Positions 47,033-59,800 of a DNA stretch of 64,000 nucleotides are shown here, one piece after another (within the stretch, counting starts at the first letter, position 1; each line of letters begins with the position of its first letter). The DNA is from Vicugna vicugna. Its lineage: Eukaryota. The position numbers and the translations under genes were made by a program. Where the stretch lies: positions 744,001 through 808,000 of the forward strand of contig MU057651.1 of NCBI GenBank assembly GCA_013265495.1, in the 5' to 3' direction. A model generated the notes under the pieces. It was not told the origin of the DNA and searched no databases. It saw only the letters and a list, made by a program, of their open reading frames with translations.

Positions 47033-48924
47033 AAGGACATTGCAGTGAAAAAACAATGGACACAGATACATCTAGGTTTGAGGCCGCAAGACAGGAGTTT
47101 GAAGCCCTGGAAAGCTCTTATTTTCTCTGTGAAATGGAAAATGAAGCCATCTTCTAAGACAGACAAGGACAGGAGTGGAGGTGGAGGCTGGGGGAAGGTG
47201 GTGGAGTTTGGTTTAAGCACCAAGAGGAATATGAGATGTAACTAACTAGGATCACTTTGTTAAGATTTCCAAGTAGTTCTAAGGGAACAACTGCGATAGG
47301 TTTCCTGCCCAGGTGTGCAAGTATAGGAAGAGAAGAGGCAGATGTTGGATTAATCTGGTTGTTCATTAGAATCACTGAGGAAGCTTTAAAAAGACCAACA
47401 TATGGGCCCCATTCTAGGTCAGTGAAATCAGGCATCAGCATATCTTCAAGCATCCCAGGGAATTCTCTTGTGCAGCCAGGACCAAGATCCATTGGAATGA
47501 TCTATGGTGTGGGCTTTGCTGAACTACTAACCAGGCAAGAAAGGTGACACGTGAGAACTGCTGGGAAAGATGCACTGTGGGGTTTAGGAGGAAGAGGAAA
47601 AGAAGAGAAGCCAAAAGGATTTATATCCATGAAGAATTAAGTAGAGTCAAGAGATGAGAAATTTAGATAAAGCATAATTTAGATAAGGTGAAGAGAACGG
47701 AGGAGTTGGATGTATAAACTTTGTGATCATTAATACTTGAGTTTAAGATTTAGGAGGTGAAGCAGTTTAGGGCAATGAAAAGAATAAGAGAGGGGTTGTC
47801 AAGGGAGACAGGTGATCAAAGTGGAGAAGAGGTGAAGGTGGACGGAGTTAAGTGAAATCAAGTAAACGTCAAATGCAAGTCAGACGCTTTCCCATTCTCT
47901 AGCCAGAACCCTCCCTTCCAAATGCATCATCTCATTCAGATTAAGAGCCAGAGTCTGTACAGTTTCCTACAAGGTCCAATAAGACCTGGCCTCATGTGCC
48001 TCCCTGACCTCACCTACTACTCTCCTCTCACTAATTCAGCCTCAGCCATACTGGCCTCCTCCTAGTCAGGTACACTCCTGCCTCAGGGCATTTGCACTTG
48101 CTGTCATCTCTGCCTGTAATGTTCACAAACAAGATATTTACATGCTAGCTCCCTCACCCTCTCCAAGTCTTTGCTCAAATATCATTTGCTCGATGAAAGC
48201 TACACTCATTGAAATTCTTTCTCTCATAAATAAAATTGATCTCCCTCTCCCAACATTCCCTACCTCATCTGCCCCACTTAATTCTTTTCCGTCTGTTTAT
48301 TACCATCTGACATCCTATGTATTATTATTTATTTGCTTACTGATTGGTTGACTGTCTCCCCGACTTCTGCCCTCCTGATCATAAGCTTCTTGTGGGCAGG
48401 GATTTTTGTCCTTTTGTTCACTGTTACAGCTCTCACACCACACCTCTAACAGAGCCCAGTACATAGCTCCACTCCATAAATATTCGTCAGAGGAATGAGT
48501 CATGAGTCCAGAATGCTGGATGGGTTGTACACTGCAGCACTCAAGTCATCCAGGATAAGAGCAGGACTCAGGTTGGAGAGGAAAGTAATAAGCCAGGTAT
48601 TAAAACCCCAGGAAAAGTGTGGGTGAATGAGGGAAAGAGTTGACAAAAAGAACAGTGGGCATTATGGGCAGCATGTGCCTCAAAGGAACATTTATTTAAA
48701 TTTAGTTTTAAAAAATCTATTTTTGAAAACAATAATGAATTTAGTTGCTATTTAATTCTGTTACCTGTTGGTTTCTTTTCTTTTCTTTTTTAGGATGGAC
48801 ACAAAAGGCCTGAAAATAGTGCCAGGAAATAGGAGTGTGGACATCACCCCTCAGCTCTGTGGTGTGTGCAGCCCAGGATGAGCAGCTGCCAGAAGATGGC
48901 TGTCAGGTAAGGAAGCAGGTTATC

Positions 48925-49095
48925 AATGGTTAGTAAACCTGGCTGCACATCAGCATCACCTGGGGTGGCTCTTTAAAAAGTAGAGAAGCCCAGGCCCCAC
49001 TTCCAGCCAATTGAATCAGAATCTTTGGGGAGGGAGTCAAGGCTTCAGTCCTTGTTAAAAAGCTCCCCAGGGGATGCTGATGTATAGCTAGCGCT
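48925..49095. mobile_element. MER5-type MITE
   Basis: 'aaacctggctgcacatcagcatcacctgggg...aattgaatcagaatctttgggg...gctccccaggggatgctgatgtatagc'. Confidence 0.8.
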
Positions 49096-51149
49096 GCGAT
49101 GTGCGATGAGCTGAGGTAGGTGAGGGAAGGACCAGGGGAATTTGTCGATGTGCAACATGAGTCTCAAATGGCACAGACGAAAGCCTGGGAGAGATGACGG
49201 GGGGTGAAGAGAAAGCACCAACATGCATGAGGATGAAATGCCCCAGGAGAAGGGAAAGGAGCTCACATTCAGAGCAGTGGCAGAGGATGGCATGAATGGA
49301 GAGGCATTAAGGTCTCAAAATTCTGAGTAGACTCCTAGTGGAAGGAAATCACGAAACCAACTAGGGAGGTGCTGATTACCACCCAGGCAGGGCCAGCTCC
49401 AGATTTGGAGCTTTCAGAAGGTACAGCCAGGTCCAAGGGGGTGGAGGGCGGGGACGTGATTAGTGCCTGCATGTTTCTCTTGGTGGCCTTGGAGAACAGG
49501 AAGTGAAGTGGACCCCTAGATGTTCACTGCTACAGGCTGTGTGTCCTGTAACTGATGACCAGGTCAGTATTGGGTCTCCACCACCAGAGATGGAAGGTGA
49601 GGGAAGTGGGGAGCAGTCATAATGGCGTTTCTTAGAGTTAAACCCCTGGACACGTGGAGGACAGTGGTTTCCATGCTGTGCAAACAGTTGGGTGTAGATG
49701 CCGAACAAGTTTGGCTGCTGCTTGAGCTTTTCTTTTTTTTCCTAGACCCAAGCAAGATCAGGTCACTTACAGTGTGAGCCTGGAGGCAGGGAACTGCTGG
49801 GTATCCTTCATCCCACTGAGATGCTAAATCCACACCCATCCATCTCCAACATCCCCTGGTTGGGTATTAGAGTGCAGGGCAAGGCCCATAGTTCCCCTTT
49901 GAAAAACAACCTCAGAAGCTTGTGGGTACTGGCCAGGGTGCCACCCCTACAACTAACTCATCCTTGAGGGCTTCCCTAAAATGGACCTGTAGTGTTAGTT
50001 AGTTCCCAGGTGCCACTGAAATGTTATGGATTCTGGCCTCTGGGCCTTTCCCACTCTGGTGGTCAGACTGTTACACCTCTTTTTCAGTGACTTAACTGAG
50101 GGTCCATGTCTGTCTACAACTGTGTGTGTAGTTCTTGGGGCCCCTGAGACTGACTCCGGACTTGTGCCTAAGGAGGGAGCAGGGATGGGCTGGATTGTGC
50201 CCAAAGAGCTAGCTGTCCCTGCTGTCAGTTTCAGGGATGATCTTGGAAGCCAGGACATCTCACTGCATCTCACTACACTGCATCTTCTGGCTCACCTGCA
50301 CCAGAATTTCCTGAGATGCTTGTTAAAATGCTGATGCCTGAGCTCCTGCTTCAGAACTGCACAGATAACTCTCTGTAGAACTTCTGCAAGAAGCACATAA
50401 AAACTGTGGTAGGGCACCTCCTTTATGTTTTATCTTGTTTAGACGGGGTGACCAACTATATTTTGTCTATTCTCTGCCTAAATCTAAGGTTCCGTAGTGC
50501 GCTATCCATGGTATGTGCTTATAGATGCTACATACTGAAACCCATGGCCATGAAGGCCCATATCTGCCTGAATAACTCAGACCCTCAGGCCACTTTTCAT
50601 CCTCTGCTTTGTGCATCCTGAATTAGATTGCACACTCCCATGAGGCCATGCTTCTGTGAACACATAGCATTTACTGCACTGCTGAAGTGTATTTGAGGAC
50701 CAAGGTTAGGTATGCCCTGTGTATCATGCTGACATGCCAGCAATTGTTCAAAAGGTGATTAATGATTGAATGCTGTTCAAAGTCTGTATCAAAGTACATA
50801 TCTCTTTGAGAGTATGTCTTATCTTAAAAAAAAAAAAAGCTTACTCCAGAGTCAGGTCTGATGCCTTAGTGAGAAGAGTAAAGTTCAAAGAGAAAGGAGT
50901 TCCTTCCCTTAATTGATCAACCAGTCTGTCTTCAATACATCATGTCTTGGTTGCTTTGGGAATACAGACATGAGTAAGACATAGTCAGTGTCCTGGAAGA
51001 GTTTAAAACCTACCTAGGGAGACAACAAATACACTTGTGTTAACTATCATCAAAACAAAGTAGTATAGGATATATGCTACATAAGCATTGTGGACCAAAT
51101 GTGACACAGGACAGCTCAACTCTCAATCGGTTTCAAGATAATCCCCACG

Positions 51150-52235
51150 TGCATCAGTGGTACTGCCACCCATCACACCAGACACATGGAAGTCCTCCTT
51201 GATTGCTCCCTCCCGTCAGCGCCCATATCCAGTCCATCAGCAAGTCCTTTTGGCTCTAGCTCTAAAATGTATCTTGCATCTGCTCACTTCTCTCCATGGC
51301 CACTGCCACCCACTAGTCCAGGCCACAGCATCTCTCTCTCTCTCTCTCTGGATTACTGTCCTGGCTGCCTATCTTGCCCCTCTTTCCCTTCTTGCCACTC
51401 TCCAGGCCAATTTTGTGTAGCAGCCAGAGTACTATTTTAAACCCATAAATTAGATTATTTTGATCCCTCACTTAAACACGTCAGTGACATCTTGCTGCAC
51501 TCAGCACAAAGAAGGAATTCATGACCATGACCTGCAAGCCCCTGCCTGGTCTCCGGCCTCACTGAGAATCACTCTCTCCCTGGTTCACTATCTCTTGTAG
51601 TCGGTTGAACATGGCAAACACTCACCTCAGGGGTCTGCAAAAGTTGTTCCCTCAGCAAGGAATGCTCTTTGTTATTATTTATTCATCTTTCAGGTCTTGG
51701 TTTAGATGTCACTTCCCCCAGAAAGGCCTGTCTTCATCCCCTCCCATCGAAATTGTCTTCCTTGTTATTGTCTGTCATACCACCCTGTTCTTCTCCTTCA
51801 CAGCACTTATTACAACTTACAAAGCTGACCCTTGAACCACACAGGTTTGAGCTATGCAGATCCACTTATACGTGGATTTTTTTTCAATAGTAAATACCAC
51901 AGTACCACACAATCTGCTGTCGGTTGAATATGTGAGTGGAAACGGCAGATATAGAGGAACTGCACGTATGGAGGGCTGACTGTAAGTTATATGCAGATTT
52001 GCAACCATGCGGATGTCGGTGCCCCAAACCTTGCATTGTTCAAGAGGCAACTGTAATTATGTATGTCTGGGTTTGTTTGTTTCATGTCTATCTCCTCCAC
52101 TAGATTATAAGCTTCAAGAGGGCAGAGCCTATGTCTGTTTTTTTTAATAATCATATTCTAAATGCCTAGCACCAAACCTAGTATATAATAGATGCTCAAT
52201 ATGTGTCTTTGGGATAAAAGGATGAAAGAATAAAG
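51150..52235 (+). mobile_element. L2 3' fragment (nested in a minus-strand L2, ~50910-52470)
   Basis: 'atccagtccatcagcaagtcct...gccacccactagtccaggccac' and tail 'ccactagattataagcttcaagagggcag...gatgctcaata'. Confidence 0.8.
51820..52053. mobile_element. Tigger2-derived MITE (Tigger2a artiodactyl type)
   Basis: TIRs 'gctgacccttgaac' / 'gttcaagaggcaactg'; TA target duplications at 51818-51819 and 52054-52055. Confidence 0.85.
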
Positions 52236-52809
52236 AATAAAGAAGTGAGACGGTCTGAGAAAGATTTCTGGAGAAGAACCAGTAGAACACCATGAACAAA
52301 GGCAGGGAAATGGGTATTTCTATGCAAAATGTATTCTGGAGATGAGGGTAGCCCAGTGCGGCTGGAGTATGGGACCTGTATTAAGTACATACTATTGGAA
52401 ATGTATGTGGTAGTCATTTATAGTCATGTGGTAAAACTCCAGGCTAAGAAGTGTGACTTTTATTTGGTAACATCCACCAGCCCACTACCCTATCCTGATC
52501 TCAGCTAGCCCCAAAACAACCCGGGGGAGTGGGGCAGAGTGTACCACTCTCCCTCAGCTGCAAGTAGCTAGGGGTGACATGGCCCTCAGAGCTCCAGCCA
52601 TGGCCAGGGGCCCAGCAGGATTTAGAATGAGCAACGTCTGCTGTCCCCAAGCAGCTGGTGGGGAAAGGGAAGGGGTGGAGAAGAAGGGCTTGTTGTCAAA
52701 GGGCATCCAAAGTCCTCTTGGGTCAGGCAACCCCTTCGGAAAATTCCACAGATGTCCAGATTCCCATGGGGACCTTTACTACTCAAGGCTGACAGGTATC
52801 TCTGGTACT

Positions 52810-53045
52810 AGTAATAGCGCCTACCTCAAAAGGCTATTCTGAGGATGAAACGAGAAAACATGCATAAGGTGCTGAGCGCAGTGCCTCACGTGGTAAGCAC
52901 TCAGTAAATGTGAATTCCTCTGTCAAATGGGAACATTAAAGGTGCCTGCCTCACAGGGTTGTTGTGACACTGAAATGAGATGATACACGTAAATACTTAG
53001 CCTAGTGGCTGGCACACGATAAGCACTCAACACCTGTTAGCTGTT
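52810..53045 (+). mobile_element. Two tandem MIR 3' halves
   Basis: Two successive 'cctacctca...taagcactca' segments. Confidence 0.8.
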
Positions 53046-54008
53046 ACTACTGTTAACAGTGTCAACAGCAGCAGCGACAGTAATATTGAACAGTTCAGGG
53101 AAGAAATAATAAGGGCTGAACTAGAGCAGAGACCCTGAGGAATCCAACGAGGCCTGCAATGGTCAGTCACTGTGGGGCCCCAGAGGTGGGGTTTAATGTA
53201 TATAGAGAAAGGCCCAGAGACTGGGACCCAGCCAGCGGTGGGCAAGGCAGGTTGCTTGGCCACCAGGCTGAGGCAGGTGATGCCCTGGGAGCTGGTCCCC
53301 TTCAAGGCAGGCCCTGTCACCAGGGTTCAATTCCCAGCTCTATCGATCAGGTAGGAATTGTCACTATGGCAGCATCTGCTCGCCTTACTTGACGTATTAC
53401 TTGGGGAGGAGACACAGGCCGGTTGTCTTGGAGGAATGCCAGAAGGGAATACATGCCTGGCAGGGCTGCCAGGGGAGGCATGGGAGGGTCAACTAACAAA
53501 ACTTTGTGCTGCCTGGGGCCAGGCTCCTATGAGAGTTGCTAAGCAAGGTCTGCTTTGTCCCCATTTTGGTTACTTTGTGGACCATCTCGGGGCCTGTGAA
53601 TTCGCTGCCATCCAGAAGCAGCCCGTGTTACATTGGGCAGTGCTTTTGCAGGAAGCCCTCTCAGTCTCAGGAGGTCCCCATGCAGAAAGGCCATGCTTAC
53701 CCCTCTGCTGACCCCAAACAGTGGTACTTCTGATACCTCACAGGCACCAGAAACCTCTGCTGGGGTGGGAGTGAGGCCCAGAAGTGGCCACGACACGGAG
53801 CAGCCAGGGACCAGAGGGCCTACAGGGTGACTAAGTTTGGCAACAGACTGATAATAACAATACTTTTTTGAGCACTTCTCAGTGCCAGACAATGTGCAGA
53901 GAACTTGGCAGGAATTAGCTTGATTATTCCTCAAAAAATCTTAAGAGGTAGCTACCATTATTATTCCCTCTACACAAGTGGAGAAACTGAAATATAAAGA
54001 GGCAAAGT

Positions 54009-54071
54009 TGTAAACTGACTATAACTCAATAAAAAATATAAATAAATAAGTAAATAAATAATTGTTTTAAA
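54009..54071 (+). mobile_element. Ultra-short L1 3' tail insertion inside a minus-strand MIR (~53855-54110)
   Basis: 'tgtaaactgactataactcaataaaaaa' plus A-rich tail; 13-bp TSD aaagaggcaaagt (53996-54008 / 54072-54084). Confidence 0.9.
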
Positions 54072-54149
54072 AAAGAGGCAAAGTGACTAATCCCAAGTGC
54101 CTGGGCCAGGACTCCTTCCTCTCCACAGACCTCCATGAATTCGTCATAA

Positions 54150-54390
54150 TAAAATAAATAGCTGGCATTTATTGAGCATTAAATATAGGAAAGACCCTTG
54201 ACATATGTTATCTCTTTGATTCCTTCCTATAACCCTATGAAGTGGGTACAATTGTTACTCTTTCCATTTTACAGAGCGAAGGCAATTAGGTAGTTAAGGA
54301 ACCTTCCAAGATCGCATAGTTAGTGAGAGATAGAGCAGGGATTTGAACATAAGCAAATGATTCCAGCTCTCAGTCCTTTAACCTTATATG
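54150..54390 (-). mobile_element. MIR SINE
   Basis: 'aatagctggcatttattgagc...aaccctatgaagtgggtac...ccattttacaga...gcagggatttgaac'. Confidence 0.85.
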
Positions 54391-57058
54391 ACCTTCTCTT
54401 TTTCTCCAAAACAGTTCTTTTACCAGGGAATATCTGAGGACAACCATGATCATATATCTTGACCCATTTGTTTTCGGTGATCTGCTTGCTCTAGTATCTC
54501 CACCAAAAAGGGTAAATTGAGATCATTCCAGACGAACTGAGGCCTCGTGAGGCCAAGTGACTTGTGCCGCATTAGACACGGAGCAAGTGACTGAGACCAT
54601 ACAAGACCTTGATGCCTACTGACTCTCATGACTGGAAATGACAACAGAGGACAGACACTGAAGAGAAAGGGTGGAAGTCTTCCTCTGGCGCCTCCAACTC
54701 AAAAGAGCTTTTAGAGAAATTATAGCTGATGTAAGATCTTTCCAGAAAAGAGCCAAGAAAAAAGAAAACATATTGTTTTCATGTAGCAAGGTTAAATCAA
54801 TTCATACACTACAAAGTGCAAACTTGGGCTCCTTCAAATGGGGCATTAGGTTATGGTTTGAAGATGGACTCGGTCCTATGGGTATATTCTGGAAATCTCT
54901 GTGCATGGATTTGTTGTGCACATGAGCCTGAGTCATGTTCAGTCTGAATTCAATGAGTCTGTATTGGTGGATGCCAAATATTCCTTGCCTCGTGCTGCAA
55001 GTTTGATAATGAGAATCAGACCAGAAGGGCTAGGGTGAGCTGGAAACCCAAGAATCTCAGCCAACAAGACTGTTGTTCAGCCTACTCTGGGCCCTCCCCC
55101 TGGCTATCTCCCCCTTTATAGCCCCCCTTCAGCTGAGAACATCCAGGAAGTGATTCCCTACCTCTGACCATCCATAATCTTGGCACCAGCTGGGAGTGGG
55201 AGGAAGCAAAAAACCAGTGGGTTTCACACCCCTATGATCTATAAAACTAACAATAGTCACAGGGGTCTCAGGAATGTACTTCTGAGTGACAAAATTTATG
55301 GGTTTACTCAGTTTCCAGTTCTCAAGAATCAAAACCAGTCTCCCAGGCCCACCCTAACAATGATATGTCATAACCCTGGCAAGAGTACTCTGCCATTAAA
55401 ACCAACCCCTCCCTGCTTCTTCTTGCTGTTTACAGTTACTTAGACTCTTCAGGGCCCAGACTCTTGACACCCAAGAAAATATGTTGCTTCATCCATTTGC
55501 CTTTGGTACAACACAGCCTCATATACACCATGGGGAGCCCTTGATAGTAGACGATTCGGGTTAACCATTCAGGCCCCAGGACCAGACAGATAGACCAGTT
55601 GTCCTCACCAACTGACTGAACTTGTGCACATCTCTTGGCTGCTCTGAGCCTCAGTTTCCTCCTCCATGATATGAGAATACTAATAGTACATACCTGATGG
55701 AGTTGCGGAAGGGATTTGATGAGATAATGTGTGCCAAGAGGGTCGTGCAGCACCTGGAGCAGGGCTCAGTACATGGTGGCTATATATAAAAAGGAAGACT
55801 GGCCGTCTCTGAAAGTTTGCCTCGGAGAGCATTTCTCTAGCTCCAGTTTCCCCTGTAATGAAGTGACGGGCTGAAGGCTGAGACACAAGAAAATAAATGG
55901 GGCAATGGGGTATATACACTGATGCTGACCCCTTTCCCTTTGGTATTTAGAGGGCAGGACAGTATTGAGAGAGGGCTTATGGATGAAGGAAATAAAGTCA
56001 GTGATGTGATGCAGGGAGGGGTGATGGGTGGGGTGGAAGTGGGAGATGAGGGCCTAAAAGGCTAGGGTGCTGAAATGCCATGAAACAAGAGAACCCACTG
56101 CCACACTGTGAGTTTAATGAAGGAAAGAGAAACAAAAGTTTATGAAGTCAAAGGAGAGATAGAAACTTCGAAAGGGAGTCAAAGGAGAGCTTGGGCAGAA
56201 AGGGTCTGAGTTTTGGAAACCACTTTGTCCTTTCTCAGAAATGTTTTGACTGCAGATTCAATGCCAAAGGGCCTGACATACACTTATTATTGAATAACTG
56301 GTCAGTTTGTTCATCTAAACTTGCTCTTATTAATAAGAACATTCTGCTCTCCACTCACCTCTGCAGAAAGCAACCCCAGGGAACTAGGTAAAAAACCAGC
56401 CTCCCCAAATGCAGCCTCATCTCACAGGTTTTCTAAGCAAGAGCTACTGGGAGATGTGGACTTCCCACTTTGGAAAATGGTTTCATTCCCTCAGGCCAGA
56501 AAGCCCAGGGGATCGCGCCTCCTGAAAGTTCCCGCAGGAGGGGGTTACAGCCTTCTCTGAATCATTTAAAGAAGCTGGTTAACAGATTTCCTTGGTCCAG
56601 TCTTGGAGTTTCAGATTCAGTTGGTTAAGGTGGGGACACCGACATATTTTATAAATGATTCTGTCATAAAGCAAACTTTGACTCTGGAGACAAGTGTGCT
56701 TTGTTTAAATGGAAGGCACTACACTATAGATAGTCTATCCTTAACTATGTCCTCATTTTATGTTTGAGGAATCTGAGGCTCAGAGAAATTGAAGCCCTTG
56801 TTCAAAGTCACACAGCTAATTAATAACAAAACCAGAATTGGAATTCAGGTCTTCTGCCTCCCAATTCACTGTCAGCGCCATTTACCAACCCTCTTTGCCT
56901 CCTAATAAGATTGTCCTTTCTAGTTTAAGTATGAGGACAAATACGTCCCCTCCTGATTGTAATCAGAGTTAAAAAGCAATGCTACCTTTGCAGAATAATT
57001 CATTAGGAAACAAAATATGGCAATCCTCAGTTCTACTAGAAGCATCAAGCATAGTTTT

Positions 57059-57158
57059 TTCATTTTTATTTTTTTGATGGAGGTACTGGGGATTGAACAC
57101 AGGACCTTCTGCATGCTAAGCATGAGCTCTTCCACTGAGCTATACCCCATCCTACCCC
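57059..57158 (-). mobile_element. vic-1-type tRNA-Ala(AGC) SINE
   Basis: Minus strand reads 'ggggtatagctcagtggaagagctcatgcttagcatgcagaaggtcctgtgttcaatccccagtacctcca' plus A tail; TSD caagcatagtttt (57046-57058 / 57159-57171). Confidence 0.92.
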
Positions 57159-58629
57159 CAAGCATAGTTTTAAAAAGAAAGGAAAATACAGCCTTTCCCC
57201 TTAAGACCAACCATAAGGAGAAATGTGTCACATGATTTATGTGTAGAGACCATATTTGTGGCTATAATGTTTCAGTTTTAAATTATTCAGCATTGAAGAA
57301 GAGACAACCTAGCTTTAAGATGGGACATTCATTACCTTAACAACCAAAGCCATTTTTTTTTCAAGGCAGCAAAGATTAATAATTACATTATCTGGCCATC
57401 AGTTCCCCTGTGAACTACCCTTACTCTAGTCCAAACCTTTAAAAGAAAAACAAAGCAAATATTAGCTAGGATCTAAAGCCATTTTCCAAATATCAAGATT
57501 TTGAGGTAAATGGGAAACCACAAATCGTAACTGTCAATAGTTCAAATAATCCAAATTATTCCTTTGGGAACAATAACCCACCCATCTTCTGACAGCTCAA
57601 AAGCATCCCAGGGGTGGGGTAAATACCACAGTAGGTAAAGTGAATTATGGGTAGGTACAAAGGGCATTCTTAAATATATTGAATTGGAAAGCTGCACTTT
57701 AAAGGCACCTAGATCCATCCCTAGAGGAGAAAATCTGCCAGATTTTTTAGCTACCAAGTGTTGGGGAGGGTGTATATCAGGAGAGTTTTCCAGCAATGCC
57801 CAACTCTCAGAGCATTTCTCCTTTCTGTGTCTTCTCCATCTGTAAAATGGGTAACAACCATCACCACTCTTCCATCCCCACCCTGTGCTCAGCCACCCTC
57901 AGAGGGTTTTAAGATGGCTAATATCGCTCTCGCTCTTCAGACAAAAAAATAATTCTTAAGCCACACAAACGACCACTGTGCTATCCCTTTTCTAATACTT
58001 GGAATATATCCTTGGCCTAAAGCAAACACCAAAATTCTTTGGCAGGAAGGAGATACAAGAAAATGAAGAAAGCCCAGGCAGAGTGAGGGGAACAGCTACA
58101 CCTGGACCTGTTTGTCACTATTCCCTTTGCAGAGGGTGACATCACTGTTTATTTCTATTAGAATAACTTCTCATGGGAGGGCCTCAAACTGGTCCTCTTC
58201 GTAGGGAGGCAAGTGGGATAGAAGCCGACTCCTACACAGCACTCTGCTTCTGGAAAATTCTGGAACCAATCTAGCTGACTTCAGAATTCAGTGAGATGCA
58301 GCAGTAGCTTTTTTTTCCCAAGTGTTTTACAAGGTAGATCTCTAAAGTTCATTTGCCATTGTCTGCTGCTGTGGCTGCTGCCAGCAGAAATGACCCTAAA
58401 TAGCCATTCATTTCACAGTGAATTTAGAGGGACTTGATGTTGGAAAATGCTTTCGACACAGTTCTAGTTGGAAATGAATTAAAAAACATGTTTGCTTAAA
58501 TAATTGAAGGTGAAACGTGTATTACATGTGTTTCACGTGTGCAGTTAGGGATTTCTGCTCCAAGCCTTTTGTAGTGCCAAATATGAATTCCTGCCTAGCA
58601 CTTGATTTAAGAAGCAAAACCTGAATTAT

Positions 58630-59800
58630 CAGAAAACATCAAGAGGAGGAGTAAAGTATACGTTTATACACTTCAGTTGGGGTGTAATTGGTAAAAAAAA
58701 AAACACTTTAGAGAGCGATTTGGCAATATCTAGGAAAAAAGTTAACTGAACAAACCCAGTCCTACAAATGTATCTTAAGGAAATAATGAGACAAATGCAT
58801 ATAATATAGTCCAGGGACATTCATTGTGGCATTGTTGAAGTGCTCATAAAGGAATAGAGTGACAATCATTATTTTTAAAAGCTGTAAACATTTCTGTGCA
58901 ATGAAAAACACTAACATCAAAGTCAAAAGATAAACAATAGACTACTTACTATATTTGCAACAGATGTAACTGCTAAATTGTTACTACTCAAAATATATAA
59001 AGAGATCCCAGTTATCAACATGAGAAAGAAGAACCCAGTAGAATAGGCAAAGGATAGGAAATGGCGATGCAGAAGAAATGCAGATGGGTGATAAACATTT
59101 GAAAAGACATTCCACTTCTCTAGCTAGCTAGTACTCAAAAAAATGCAAAGAAAAAAATTTTTTCAGCTATCACATTGTCAAAGATTGAAAGGATCAATGT
59201 AATGCAAATCGGTGAGAAAAAGCATGGAGCAATGGCCATTGTTGGGGGGAAGGTAAGTCTCCGTGGCCTTTCTGGAGGGCAATCTGGCAGGCTCTCTAAA
59301 AATCAAAGATGTGCAATCCAAACTCTTGGAACCAACAAAGTCACTACTGTGAATTTGGACTACAAAAACGGTGGTGACCAGTACGGAGAGATGCGGGTAA
59401 AAAGAGGTATGCTGCACCAATATTTAATAATTTATAAAAAAAAGTGAAAGAATGTAAAAATTCATCAGTAAAGCACAGATTAAAGAAATTAGGTCACAAT
59501 CATTATGATAGAATACTATGCAACTGTTAAAAAGAATGAAATAGCTAGACGCATAGCAGCAGGAAAAGACAGAGTTCAGCGAGGAACATATTGTAGAACA
59601 GCACATGGAGTATTGGTCACATCTTTCATTATTATTTTAGGCACATGAATACATATGTAAATATTCATAAAAACACACACAAAATGAGATATCCAAATTG
59701 TGAACATGGTGGAGAATCAGTAGTGGAGAGGAACATTCTCCCTTATATTCCTATTTTTACAAGCATGAGCATGTATTATTTTGACAATAAAAAATGCTTT
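58630..59800 (+). mobile_element. Old L1 (L1ME-like) fragments
   Basis: 'aaagtcaaaagataaac...atatttgcaaca', 'ttctggagggcaatctggcag', 'atagaatactatgcaactgttaaaaagaatga'. Confidence 0.7.

Larger units (their letters stand above)
45110..48900 (-). mobile_element. Long fragmented L2 hosting L1 insertions, a MER5 (~47355-47490) and a plus-strand L2 (~47875-48500)
   Basis: Antisense L2 ORF2 motifs ('tccaggtgagagacgatgg', 'gagtgatgaggacagaaaccagattccagtggactg', 'ttcaagaagcttggctgtgaag'). Confidence 0.7.

Noticed and set aside
53027..53934. Cluster of overlapping 60-130 aa ORFs
   Set aside because: Expected in locally GC-richer sequence; no recognisable protein or consistent splice structure.
56014..56033. 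G-quadruplex motif GGG-A-GGGG-TGAT-GGG-T-GGGG
   Set aside because: A real motif but common in mammalian DNA, with no supporting context.
57059..57158. tRNA-Ala(AGC) gene (also 19460, 33341, 42011)
   Set aside because: A-rich tails, TSDs in three copies and stem-breaking substitutions identify retroposed SINE copies.
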